Part shown: piece by piece, positions 1 to 10,576 of the stretch | How the letters are laid out: every line of letters starts with the position of its first letter | Numbering within the stretch: the first letter of the stretch is position 1 | Assembly: GCF_006345805.1 (NCBI RefSeq) | Contig: NW_021824288.1 | Span: 1 to 19,037, forward strand | Reading direction: 5' to 3' | Length of the DNA: 19,037 nt | From: Octopus sinensis | Taxonomy: Eukaryota | Notes under the pieces: model-generated | What the model was told of the DNA's origin: nothing | What the model saw: only the letters and a program-made list of their open reading frames with translations | The model's database searches: none | Made by a program: the position numbers and the translations under genes

Positions 1-229
1 ACTTCTCTTTTACTTCCGGTTCAGATGTCTCCCTTCATTTCTCCACAGGACATCAATGTGACATTGATGTGGGATTGATTCTTGCTATTTTTATCTTTTG
101 TTTTTGTTTTTCTTCTGATTTTGTCAGGGTCTTCTACTTCCCACAAATGCAACGAAACTTTTGCAAAGACTCCGAAATCATAACTCCTTGGCCCTTAATC
201 CGATTCTCTGTCTTATGAGTTACCCATCT

Positions 230-490
230 TTTCCTCCTAAACCCCAAATCTTTCTCTCCCTCTCTCTTAGCTTTGCCTTTCTAACGCTACATTGCATTTC
301 GCTTCTTCTTCTCTCTCTCTCTCCTCCTCCTCCTCTCTCTTGTCTTCTCTAGTCTTTTTCTCTTGCACTCAAAGTCTTACTCTTTCCCCCACTGTCCTCT
401 CCATCTCCTTCTCGCCCTCCTACTCTCTCCTTATATCACATCGTAGTCTCCTTTCTCTTCCTACAACTCTGTCCTCCCTCACTCTCTCAT
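230..490. repeat. CT-rich low-complexity tract
   Basis: Pyrimidine-rich run of CT/CCT/CTT units. It accounts for the Ser/Leu-rich ORFs 161-352 and 292-609. Confidence 0.8.
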
Positions 491-769
491 ATTCGTTACT
501 GATCCGAGTTTATGTTCTATTTCCAGAAGGAATTTCGGTTGGAAATAGGAATTGGTCATATTATAACTTTCAATGGAACAGGGATGAATTCTACATCGTG
601 GCTGCATAATGAGAAAATCCTTTCTAATTCATATCCGAATTGGAAAATTCTGAAATTTACTTTCAATAAGAAGTATAAACAAACTCCTTATTCATAATTA
701 ACACCTTCAACTAATTGTTCCATAAGTAATTCTTTTGAACACTTTCACTGTGTGTATATAATTTAATCC

Positions 770-1027
770 AATTTTTATTGACTCAAAGAGCAAAAGCAAG
801 GCCATGTAGGGGGACAGGAAGTTATGTACAGGAAGGGTGGTCATACAAAGAGTTCAGGCCATTTCTGGTCAAGAGAGACTTTGAACCGAGTGGTCGTCGG
901 CATCTTCACTATCTCGTCCGGCAGCTTATTCCACGGATCCGCAACCCGGACGGAGAAAGCCCCTCTCCTTCGATTGAGATGAAATCGTCATAGATAGAGG
1001 TTTTCGGAGTGACCCCGCAGCCCACGC
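770..1027 (-). mobile_element. 3' end of a 5'-truncated CR1/L2-clade LINE (ORF2 C-terminus plus 3' UTR)
   Basis: Minus strand 1026->841 translates RGLRGHSENLYL*RFHLNRRRGAFSVRVADPWNKLPDEIVKMPTTTRFKVSLDQKWPELFV*. This matches the CR1-type C-terminal pattern LRGHxxKL...FSxRVxxxWNxLP...FKxxLD. One internal stop at 988-990. Confidence 0.85.
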
Positions 1028-1036
1028 TAACTTTAC

Positions 1037-1185
1037 AGATATACTTTATATCCCATTGTTGTATAATATTATAATTCCATAATAATAATCATTTCTTCCA
1101 TAGGCAGAACGTCTGATAGTTTGTTGGGGGCGGGGGGGGGGGCTAGTCGATTGCATCAGTAACAGTGACAACTGGTAATTATTTC
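1037..1185 (+). repeat. Paralogous block 1 of an inverted segmental duplication (partner 17436-17558 plus ~17085-17119, minus strand)
   Basis: 1037-1087 is identical over 51 bp to the reverse complement of 17508-17558. Similarity continues through ccataggcagaa...tgcatc...aactggtaattattt. Confidence 0.9.
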
Positions 1186-1216
1186 AACGATCCTCCACAT
1201 ATGTAAAAGACAAAAT
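1099..1216 (-). mobile_element. Decayed tRNA-derived SINE tail, same family as 4300-5101
   Basis: ataggca...gggggg...tagtcgatt...caactggtaattattt...aaaatcgatttcgg aligns loosely to the copies at 4668-4868 and 4897-5101. Confidence 0.55.
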
Positions 1217-1332
1217 CGATTTCGGTAATATAGATCGATACTAGGGTCATAATTTTGGGTGACAATTTCATATGACACCGCTAGAAAAAAACTGCCGTTC
1301 AAACCGAAAAGATCCCAAATTGTATATAAAAC

Positions 1333-1628
1333 ACTAGCAGTATCGCCCGGCGTTGCTCGGGTTTGTAAGGGAAATAACTATATAAGCATTTTTAGAGAGT
1401 TACTTCCCTTATATAAACCGAGCAAAAAATGCATTAAAAATGCAAAAAATTTTTTTTTTAATCGTAGACTCATCGTAGAAGCGCACTAATACCCAGAAGG
1501 GCTCGATATGAATCACGGCTATAAGATACCCGTTTTTGGTTAAACTGCACCGCAAAATGTGGGAGTAGTAAGGAATCTAAATCAGCGGAGACAGAGTCTG
1601 ACACAGCTTCATTTTTATATATAAAGAT
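1333..1628 (+). mobile_element. Non-autonomous Helitron/Helentron-like element (HINE/Lep1-type structure), copy 1
   Basis: Starts ACTAGC, has a subterminal hairpin cccgg-cgttgc-tcggg (1346-1361) and ends ttttatatataaagat. A near-identical partial copy lies at 2392-2638. Class is assigned from terminal structure only. Confidence 0.65.
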
Positions 1629-1759
1629 TAATATCAGAGATGAAATTATATATTCATTGATTTAATTAAACAGAACCGATTATTGTAAATAAAGTCGTAA
1701 AAATGTTTTCTTTATGTTTAAGTTTATTAAATTAATCAATTGTAATATATTAGTTTCAG
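1627..1759 (+). repeat. Paralogous intron block upstream of exon A (partner 16761-16891, minus strand)
   Basis: Hand alignment: 14 substitutions and one 2-nt gap in 133 nt (about 88% identity). Both copies end ttagtttcAG. Confidence 0.9.
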
Positions 1760-1866
1760 TTACCTGTACTTTAGCGCCGAGTTTGATAATAATTGGACGT
1801 TAGAAGCCTATAGAGAAAGTGGAAACGTCGAAAAGTACGATATTCCTATGAAAGATCCATCTGGCA
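1760..1866 (+). CDS. Internal coding exon A of an unidentified gene (107 nt, phase 2 in, phase 1 out)
   Basis: Acceptor ttagtttcAG (to 1759) and donor GTAAGT (1867-1872). Open frame YLYFSAEFDNNWTLEAYRESGNVEKYDIPMKDPSG. The paralog at 16654-16760 keeps the same length, phase and splice sites. Confidence 0.7.
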
Positions 1867-2084
1867 GTAAGTAAAATATATCTTCTTACCTTGAATGCAA
1901 GTGATTGTATAATTCCCTCTGTGTGTATTTGTGTGTTTGTGTTTGCGTGCGCGCGAACACCGGTTGTTTTCAAAAAGCATTGTCTCATACATGAATACAT
2001 AATCCATAAATATTTTAGAGTGGTTGTATACTGTCAACTTAACGTGACAGTACTGTAAGGGAATTACACCACCGCTGTTTAGCA

Positions 2085-2110
2085 CTAGGAAGCATGTCGA
2101 TGCTTCCTAG
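2085..2110. other. Perfect 11-bp hairpin ctaggaagcat-gtcg-atgcttcctag
   Basis: Direct inspection. It lies 8 bp upstream of an (AGAT)n tract. Confidence 0.85.
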
Positions 2111-2118
2111 GGTTAAAC

Positions 2119-2126
2119 AGATAGAC

Positions 2127-2190
<64 letters not shown>
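2119..2190. repeat. (AGAT)n microsatellite
   Basis: Direct inspection. Confidence 0.95.
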
Positions 2191-2391
2191 TAATCTTTCT
2201 ATCCATCTCTTTCCATATTCTTCAAGTGGCGATTAGAATTCGTTTCGGAGGCGAGGCAAGTTAACGGTACTAATGAGCAAAAATAACTACGAAATATCGA
2301 TATCTGTTGTACACGTTCACTTTCGGAACAGTTTCGTTTCGCTTAGTTTTCAAGTATACAGTGTCTTTTAATATTATATCTCTTTAAATGG

Positions 2392-2638
2392 ATTTAGAGA
2401 GCTACTTCCCTTATATAAACCGAGCACAAATGCATTAAAAATGCGAAAAAAAGATGGTAAATTTTTCTTATCATCGTAGACTCATCGTAGACGCGCGCTA
2501 ATACCGAGAAGGGCTCGATATGAATCACGACTATAAGATACCCGCTTTTGGTTAAACTGCACCGCAAAATGTGGGAGTAGTTAGGAATCTAAATCGGAGG
2601 AGACAGACTCACACAACTTCAGTTTTATATATAAAGAT
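2392..2638 (+). mobile_element. Helitron/Helentron-like element, copy 2 (lacks the 5' end)
   Basis: High similarity to 1388-1628. Same 3' end ttttatatataaagat, followed by (TA)n. Confidence 0.65.
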
Positions 2639-2695
2639 ATATATATATATATATATATATATCTATATATATATATATATATATACATACATATT
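2639..2695. repeat. (TA)n microsatellite
   Basis: Direct inspection. Confidence 0.95.
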
Positions 2696-2838
2696 TAATA
2701 TAGATAGGTTGATAGATAGATAGCTAATACATAGATAAGGAGTGAGAGAGAGATATGTGTGTGGGTATTGAGTTATTTTAATAAATTTTTAACAAATCTA
2801 TCCTCCTTTCGTATTTTTCAATGGGCATGGCGTACTCG

Positions 2839-2895
<57 letters not shown>

Positions 2896-2922
2896 TAGGA
2901 TAGATAGATAGATAGATGGATT

Positions 2923-3003
<81 letters not shown>
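2839..3003. repeat. (AGAT)n microsatellite
   Basis: Direct inspection. It is the source of the IYLS repeats in ORFs 2798-3079 and 2818-3141. Confidence 0.95.
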
Positions 3004-3004
<1 letters not shown>

Positions 3005-3739
3005 AAAACAGCAGTAGTGAGATGGAACGTAAAAACTTCTTGCACATACAGAGCAGAGTCGAAGGTCAATCTGTGCCAAGTGACATCACAGTATGCTTTA
3101 GCTTCGTTACTATAGCAACAGTCCGGGTACTTATTGATCACACACGTATATTACAAGTACATATTTTTTTTGTGATATAGTAAGGAGAATTTTTTAATAC
3201 GGTGAGACTTCAATAAGTGACCTCTCTGTTGCAGTATTTTTAACCAATCACTGTTAACTCTCTGGCGCATTCGACAAAATCTTAAAGAGGGCACTTCAGT
3301 CTATTTTACAATATGAAAAAGATATCTTGCTAAATTTTTTATTTCAGAGATCATCCTTCATTAGTATATATCGTTGTTTAACTCGTAAATGCAAGATATT
3401 TCACCCCACCGCCACCCAAATCCATACACACACGCACACACACATTCACATGTTTTTCTGTCATGTATTTAATATGCTTTCTGTGGTGCACGAATGGGAA
3501 ACACTCCGCGACGCACGAATATAATATATTCGAATGAAATATTTCCGAATTGAATATCTCAAAGGGTAACTATTCTTTCTGGTTACTTTACTCTTCTACT
3601 CCTTTCTCTGTAACCCAGTTATTCTTTTTATTGTTGTAAAATAAAACATTTTTATCTTAGAAAAAAGGTTCGTCTGTCATATTTCTAAAATAATTCCCCT
3701 TCTTCTTTATATCAACTTCAACATATAACATTCATAAAT

Positions 3740-4150
3740 TTTTTTACCGCAAAAATAATCGAAAGAACCTGCTTGTCGGTTCGCTGTATGGGTAGGCAAT
3801 CAGTTTTTTTTTTTATCCCAAAATTGATAGTAATGGTCGATTTGTAACAAAGAATGTCTACCGTGTAGAAATTTGTGTAATTTTTTACCGCAAAAATAAT
3901 CGAAAGAACCTGCTTCTCTATCTCCCTATACTTTCTTCCGCTACTACCAGCGAACGTGAAGCTTGAACTACTGGCTTCATATTTCCTTCTTTATACTTGT
4001 GTAGCATGACAGCTCCTATTCTATAACCCGAAGCAATCGAAGCTTCGACTATGTCCATTTCAGGATCGAAATACGTTGGTGACAAATCAGAAATTAGTAT
4101 TTTTTTATCTTTTCAAACGCATCTTGATACTTTACTGACGAATTCCATTT
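3740..4150 (-). pseudogene. Decayed Ty3/Gypsy pol fragment (RT connection plus RNase H)
   Basis: Minus strand, read across several frameshifts: WNSSVKYQDAFEKIK/ILISDLSPTYFDPEMDIVEASIASGYRIGAVMLHKYKEGNMKPVVQASRSLVVAE/KYREIEKQVLSIIFAVK/LHKFLHGRHSLLQIDH/PLLSILG..LPTHTANR. This follows the Gypsy RNase H pattern DASxxGIGAVL...ASRxL..AEKNYxxIEKE...TDHKPL. Confidence 0.85.
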
Positions 4151-4299
4151 TGCTTTTTTTCCCTACAAAGTGTAGTTTGTCACGTGCAATTTTTGCTGTT
4201 TTTCTTGACATAGGTTTCTTAATTTCTACCAGGTGTAGGTGTTAAAGATTGAAATGTCCCTACCGTATCCAGTTGTAATTTAATATCCACTCCGTTTAT

Positions 4300-4435
4300 G
4301 GCGGAGAGCTGGCAGAAACGTTAGCACGCTGGGCGAAATGCGTAGCCGTATTTCGCCTGCCTCTACATTCTGAGTTCAAATTCCGCCGAGGTCGACTTTG
4401 CCTTTCATTCTTTCGAGGTCGATTAAATAAGTACC
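4300..4435 (+). mobile_element. tRNA-derived SINE, 5' part
   Basis: A-box-like tggcagaaacg, B-box gagttcaaattcc (4372-4384), then the central motif gtcgactttgcctttcat...aagtacc. Inverted relative to the three copies that follow. Confidence 0.8.
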
Positions 4436-4541
4436 GTTACAAAATAAAATAACCATGAAATACAGGATCGATATATTTACTCTACCTACCTACCCACAAA
4501 TATGTAATCCTGTATCAATGTAATTAATCAATATTATTATC

Positions 4542-5101
4542 AAAGTTGACCTCGGCGGAATTTGAACTCAGAACGTAGCGACGTGCGAAATACAGTTAAA
4601 CATTTCGACGGGCGTGCTAACAATTCTGCCAGCCCGCCGCCTTGACCTTCATAATAATAATAATGCTTTCTACGATAGGCACAAGGTCTGAAATTTTGTG
4701 GGAGGGGCCCAGTCGATTAGTACGCTACTGGTACTTAATTTAATGACCCATCCCCCGAAAGGATGAAAGGCAAAGTCGACATTGGCGGAATTTGAACTCA
4801 GAACGTAAAGACAGACGACATACCGCTAAGTATTTCGCATGGCGTGCTAACGATTCTACCAGCTCGCTAACTTATCCTTCATAATAATAATAATCTTTTT
4901 CTACTATAGGCACAAGGCCTGAAATTTGGTAGACGGGGGATAGTCGATTACTTTGACCCCAATATTCAACTGGCTCTTATTTTATTGACCCCGAAAGAAT
5001 AAACGGTCAAGTCGACCTCGGCGGAATTTGAACTCACAACGTAGCGACAGATGAAATATCGCAAAGAATTTTTCCCGGCGTGCTAACGATTCAACCAGCT
5101 C
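4542..5101 (-). mobile_element. Three head-to-tail copies of the same SINE (4542-4642 partial, 4668-4868, 4897-5101)
   Basis: Each contains gtcgacctcggcggaatttgaactca...ggcgtgctaac...ccagc. Copies are separated by cttc(ATA)4-5 at 4647-4664 and 4877-4894. Confidence 0.85.
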
Positions 5102-5789
5102 ACACAGAGAGAGGGTCGGGTGAATTGTTGTATAGATCACAAATCTTAAAATGTTTGTAGAAGTTCTTTTAAGCGTTGGTTCGGGCAGTTGCCAAATAAG
5201 ATTCCTTGCGGTGGATTCACCCCTTTAACATTAATGTTGTGTGTTGTAGTTGATAGAGAGAAGAGAAGTGTTTCAGAAATATGACAGACGAGGCTTTTTC
5301 TCAGATGAAAATGTTTTATTTAACAACACTAAAATAAATAACTGAGTCACAGAGGAAAAATTACAACAGCAAAGAAACAACATAGAATAATCGCTCTTTG
5401 AATATTACATTCGGAAAGCAAATACATAAACTTGATTTTGTGTGCAACAGAATGTTTCAGAAAATATATTAAGCATAAGAAGGGATAAAAATGATGCGAA
5501 TGTGTATATGTATATATGTGATAAATATTTTGCATTTCCGAGCTGAACAATGGTATATGCTAATGAAAAAGATAAACTCTGAAATAAAAAAATTAACGCA
5601 GGTTTTTATATTGTAAAATGTGCCAGAGTGTTAGAATTGTGGTCAGTTAAAAACGCTACAACGGAAAGGTCACTTGTTTGATTTCTTACAAGTATTACAA
5701 TGTACAAAAATATTTCGATTCAAATCCGATAATGTAAAGTCAACAACAACGATCGTGTAGAATATGTCTAACAAAAGGTTCTGCTATCT

Positions 5790-5802
5790 AATAATAATAA
5801 TA

Positions 5803-5861
<59 letters not shown>

Positions 5862-5920
5862 GTAATAATAATTATTATTATCATTATTATTATTATTATT
5901 ATATTATTATTATTATTATT
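5790..5920. repeat. (AAT)n tract switching to (ATT)n at ~5871 (imperfect palindrome)
   Basis: Direct inspection. Confidence 0.9.
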
Positions 5921-6186
5921 GAGTGAGAGAGCAGTTCATGCAATCAAAGTGACACTGGGGTAAAATATACGAAACCCAATATACCCATCATGACTACCCG
6001 TCTGATAAAGGTACACCAGGCACATGCATCACAACCATATGTGCGCGACATGGTGATCTCATATCAAGATAAACAGCACATGACCTTGCAGGTGGGGCCC
6101 AGTTTGAATTTTCTTCAGGTTGAGTAGCCCATCCCGCTCAAACGGTCCCCGAATAAGGGTTGTTTAAGGATGTTGAAAGAACCACA
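5921..6186 (-). mobile_element. Short interspersed repeat or LINE 3' end embedded in (ATT)n
   Basis: A 266-bp complex sequence flanked on both sides by (ATT)n. I recognise it as an abundant cephalopod repeat, but the family is not established. Strand is inferred from an (AAT)n tail on the minus strand. Confidence 0.5.
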
Positions 6187-6257
6187 TTATTATTATTATT
6201 ATTATTATTATCATCATTATCATTATTATTATTATTATCATCATCATTATTATTATA

Positions 6258-6290
<33 letters not shown>

Positions 6291-6446
6291 ATTATTATTA
6301 TTATTATTGTTATTATTATTCTTATTGTTATTGTTATTATTATTATTATTATTATCATTATTATCATTATCATCATTATTATTATTATCTTTATTATCAT
6401 TATTATCATTATTATTATCATCATTATTATTATTATCATCATTATT

Positions 6447-6478
<32 letters not shown>

Positions 6479-6516
6479 CATTATTATCATTTTTATTATT
6501 ATCATCATCATCATCA

Positions 6517-6548
<32 letters not shown>
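6187..6548. repeat. Degenerate (ATT/ATC/GTT)n trinucleotide microsatellite
   Basis: Direct inspection. It is the source of the poly-N, poly-Y, poly-I and poly-L ORFs. Confidence 0.95.
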
Positions 6549-6549
<1 letters not shown>

Positions 6550-6625
6550 GTATGTATATATATTAGACAGAATGAAATAACAAATCCAAGACCGTGAGGA
6601 TTTTTCAGGACATTTATCATGAAAT

Positions 6626-6675
6626 AGGCTTAGAGCTGTTTCTGGGATATCATGGATATTCCTTCATCAGAGACG
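6626..6675 (-). ncRNA. Degenerate type I hammerhead ribozyme (PLE-type)
   Basis: Minus strand: cgtct-CTGATGA-aggaatatc-cat-gatatccca-GAAA-cagctcTA-agcc. The core boxes are intact. Stem II has mismatches, stem III is one base off the palindrome ACAGCTGT, and stem I is weak. Confidence 0.55.
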
Positions 6676-7299
6676 TGTGAGAAAATATTTGAGTTCGAAT
6701 TATGTGTCAGAAGATAGGGATTATAGGGGGAAATAAGAGAATGAAAATAGAAATAAGATATATAAAGATATTGTAGCTGCAGCTTCATTATTCGAGGAAA
6801 ATGGTGTACAGAAGTGGTTAAAAAGTTTCCTGTACATGGTGTGTAAGTTGCAGTAGCAGTTCATGTTTAGTCATTTCAAAGCATTTAGACGTGGAATTAA
6901 TGTTGCTCTTTCGAAAGTGTTTTGTGGTGTGAATGAAAATTTGAGAATGTATTGGAAGTGTTTATGGATAGATGGAGGGAGGAAGGAAGTGTGTGATTAG
7001 AAAGAGAGTGGAGATCAGGTAAAGCAGGAAGGGAAAATGAGAGGAAGAAAGAAAGAAAGAAAGAAAAAGAGAGAGAGACAAAAACACAGAATGAAAGAAA
7101 GAAAAATGTACGTATGTATGTGTATATATACATATAAATAGAAAACCTCTTTTGTCTCCATTCAACTGAATATCCTTCCCCACCTTCTAGCAGTTCAAAA
7201 TAACTTAAAGAATATTCTTCACTCAGAAGATAAATTCTATTACCATAATGTTATTATAATTCTAATCAACATCTCTGTCTATATATCTACCCTCTCTAT

Positions 7300-7545
7300 A
7301 ATGTTATCAATTCATATGAAAATATGTTTTAATGGAAAACCTCTATAAATGGCTGATGATTGCTCAACATTTTAAAACTGTTGTAATACTTACAATGTTT
7401 AATAAAATGATGTAGCGTGAAACGATCGTACCACATTACCGAAAATATTTTTGTTGCTTATTTTGATTATAATCACCCCCATGGATTTATATGGATAACA
7501 CCATACAAAATTCTAGAGCATCTAACTTAAGTACCATATTCATTT
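7300..7545 (+). mobile_element. 3'/pLTR fragment of a second Penelope-like family
   Basis: Contains the hammerhead plus motifs shared with the PLE terminus at 8975-9095 (ttgttgctt, ttataatcacccc, aagtacc). Boundaries are approximate. Confidence 0.5.
7348..7437 (+). ncRNA. Type I hammerhead ribozyme with palindromic stem III (PLE-type)
   Basis: aatgg-CTGATGA(7353-7359)-ttgct...agcgt-GAAA(7419-7422)-cgatcgTA(7430)-ccacatt. Stem III ACGATCGT is identical to that of the hammerheads at 9076 and 14746. Downstream ttataatcacccc also occurs in the PLE end at 9034-9046 (reverse complement). Confidence 0.7.
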
Positions 7546-7609
7546 GAATCTAAATGTTGCTGAACATATATATATATATACTTTCATACACATACATATC
7601 CCAAACAAC

Positions 7610-7612
<3 letters not shown>

Positions 7613-7674
<62 letters not shown>
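7613..7674. repeat. (CA)n microsatellite
   Basis: Direct inspection. Confidence 0.95.
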
Positions 7675-7676
<2 letters not shown>

Positions 7677-8054
7677 TCCTACATGTTCAGATTCAGATAA
7701 GGTTCCACTTCTATACTTGCACACAGACACCCATGCCTCTTCCCTTATTAACTCCCTCCTCATTGAACTGCATTTCATCCGCTTCCTAGCACTTTGTCCG
7801 TTTTCTCTCTCTTTCTCTCTCTCTCTCTGTCTCTCTTTCTTTTTCTCTCTTTCTCTCTCATCGTTTATTCTTCTTTCTAACTCCTATAGACTTTTCCTTT
7901 CCTTCTGATGAAGGACTCACCTCTGAAATCTTGAGTTTCTCTCTTGCATAAAAGCATTAAGTTAACAGCGTATCTGTTGAACGCTGTCCTGTCTATGATG
8001 TCTTTTATTATTATTCAAAGCATTTACACGGTACATCAATTTCTGTCTGTCCGT

Positions 8055-8352
8055 GTGTATATGTATGTGTGTGTGTGTGTGTGTATGTATTTATGTATGT
8101 ATGTATGTATGCATGTATGTATGTATTTATATTGTACGTACATGTGTATGTATGTATGTATGTATGTATGTATGTATATTGTATGTTGTACGTACATATG
8201 TATGTATGTGTGTATGTATGTATGTATGTATGTATGTATGTGTGTATGTATGTATGTATGTATGTATGTATGTATGTATGTATGTATGTATGTATGTATA
8301 TTGTACGTACATATGTATGTATGTGTGTATGTATGTATGTATGTATGTATGT
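8055..8352. repeat. (TATG)n microsatellite with internal degenerate duplications
   Basis: Direct inspection. It is the source of the MYVC ORFs. Confidence 0.95.
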
Positions 8353-8494
8353 AAGAATATACAGTTTCTGGAATAATATATATTCTACTTTAAAGTCACT
8401 GAGACCCTCAGGAGTTCAAAAGTAAATCTGAGATCTGTAAAAAAATAAAGTTAGAAATTAATGAATTTTACTCTAAATTTTTCAATAATCATCA

Positions 8495-8528
8495 CTCACT
8501 CACACACTCACTCACACACACACACACA

Positions 8529-8570
<42 letters not shown>
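8495..8570. repeat. (CACT)n/(CA)n microsatellite
   Basis: Direct inspection. Confidence 0.9.
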
Positions 8571-8572
<2 letters not shown>

Positions 8573-8689
8573 CCTTATAAAATGCAATGTTTGTTTTACT
8601 TTGACCGCTGAAAACACTATATAAAACTAATGTTTCAGATTTTTTGTATCATTGAAATTAATTTGACCATTCCGCAAATAAATGTGCAC

Positions 8690-8796
8690 CTATTCTCCTA
8701 TAACGGAACGGCAGGAGTTGGGCGAGTTGCTGATGTATTGGATCCGATTTCTAGCAATCCACGGTCTGTCTTTTGCACCGTAATGCTTTTTACAGA
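8690..8796 (-). CDS. Candidate terminal exon, phase-compatible with exon B
   Basis: Acceptor gtattttctcAG. The phase-1 frame reads (x)CKKHYGAKDRPWIARNRIQYISNSPNSCRSVIGE*. Unique, relatively GC-rich sequence among microsatellites. No homology support within the window. Confidence 0.25.
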
Positions 8797-8847
8797 CTGA
8801 GAAAATACTCCACCTGTCATTGAATACGCATCCAACATTCTCACTCA

Positions 8848-8886
8848 CCACACACACAACACAACACACACACACACACACATATA

Positions 8887-8926
<40 letters not shown>

Positions 8927-8931
8927 ATATA
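8848..8931. repeat. (CA)n/(TA)n microsatellite flanking the left end of the PLE palindrome
   Basis: Direct inspection. Confidence 0.9.
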
Positions 8932-9075
8932 CAAGAGCAATAAAGATTCAATTATTTAAAAAATTTACTTGAATAGGTACCTAACTTAGTGCAAACCAAA
9001 AAAAACTATACTGATTTAACAATACAGTAATGTGGGGTGATTATAAGCGAGAAAGAAGCAACAAGAATGGATAGG

Positions 9076-9166
9076 TTTTTAGTACGATCGTTTCATACAA
9101 GGACAGGTTTATTAAAAGTTGCAAAGATTACAGCATATAACGAGTCCCGTACTCATCAGCTAAAAT
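9076..9166 (-). ncRNA. Type I hammerhead ribozyme in the left PLE arm
   Basis: Minus strand: ttttag-CTGATGA-gtacgggac...gtccttgtat-GAAA-cgatcgTA-ctaaaa. All three stems pair. Confidence 0.85.
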
Positions 9167-10576
9167 ACATGTAAGTTCTCTAGACATCCTAGTGTTTGAG
9201 GCTATACTCATGAAGTAATGTAGATAATTAAAAGATTTCTAAAGTTCATTAAAGTTCTTTAAAGATGATGCATAGTCTTATCACAGAATTTTAAAAAAGT
9301 TTTGTATAGCATCACAGAGAAGGTGACCTATCCATATGAATTTCCATAGATATGATGAGGGATTATATACTCACAGAAACAAAATTTATCCATTGTTATT
9401 AGCATTACAGAGAGGGTGAATTAATCACTTTGTATATATGCACAATTCCAATGGTGTAGATGTAAATTTCCAGAGAAATGGAGATGAATTTCATATTCAC
9501 AGGCGATAAATTTTACAATGGTTGAAAACAATGAGGTAGGTACCGAATCCTTGTTATATGATTAGGGTGTTTGCCATATTAATCACATTACTGCTATTCA
9601 CAAGAGGCTGCAGCTATTTAACTCTTAAAGGTTGAAGGGCTTCTAACTAGATCGGCCAAGATAGAGAAGGGAATAGAAAGAAAGAGAGAAAAAATGGAGG
9701 AGGGAGCAAAAAGGGGGGGGAAAGGGGGACTAAAAGAGAAGAGAAAAGGAAACAGAGAATACGAAGAAGAAAAAGAAGAAAGAGAAAGAGAAAGAAATAG
9801 GGAAAGAAGGGAAAAAAGAAAAAGAAAAAAGAAAAAAGAGGGTTCTAGTTATACAGAAGAGCTAGTAGACTGTAAGTCTGGTTTTTAATCAACAGGCATC
9901 TAGGAACTGGAGGGGAATATTATTATTCTTTGACCAGTAAACCGTTAATTTATTGCTGTTGAAATCAGCTATGAGTTTAAAAGAAATCTAAAGAGATAAC
10001 ACAGTCAGGGGTTAAGGGTCAGATGCTAAATCACCAGCAAATACATTAGGAAAATCTAGTATAATCTTAATCAAAAAGTCATTAAAAATTTACTTATTAA
10101 TTTATTCATTTTATTGTCTTAAGGAGTTGTCGTTATTATTCATACATTGACCGACTACAGGTCAAATCTTATAAGATCATTTACAAGGTGTTAGGGGATT
10201 GTCTATCCTATGAAGATAATCATATTATCACCGAGGGAATAGCCTTATTTATTTAATTATGAAATAGAATATGGGGCTACAAACTAATTATAATTTATTA
10301 GAGTTATGCTATTTAAATTAGATTAAGTTAGGAAATTAAAATTAAATATTACAATTAGGATTTAAATTAAGATTTAAAATTTGTGAGTTTGAAATTAAAT
10401 AAAGCCTCAATTAAGTAGCGAATAATACTATCATTTCTCTGTTCTCAGAAACTGATGTAGATATAAGGAAAAAGATAAAGATAACTGTAATGTTGAGAAC
10501 TCTTAGTTATCTACTTAAAGCAGTGCTATCCTAGTAGAATCAAGTTATATCTTCTATCTAGTTATGAATATTCCAA

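Noticed and set aside
3004-3135. Next exon of gene A (open frames [14 protein letters not shown]... and [12 protein letters not shown]...; also the acceptor at ~3346)
   Set aside because: No convincing acceptor in the right phase for 3004-3135, and only chance-level similarity to candidate exons on the B side. The ~3346 acceptor gives just KIILH* in phase.
6138-6620. Long ORFs rich in N, Y, I or L (also the MYVC, IYLS and HT repeat ORFs elsewhere)
   Set aside because: They are translations of microsatellites that are open in several frames by construction.
7895-7945. Fifth hammerhead: CTGATGA (7905-7911)...GAAA (7925-7928)
   Set aside because: Core boxes are present, but stem I does not pair, stem II is at most 3 bp and stem III is degenerate. 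At best a dead relic.
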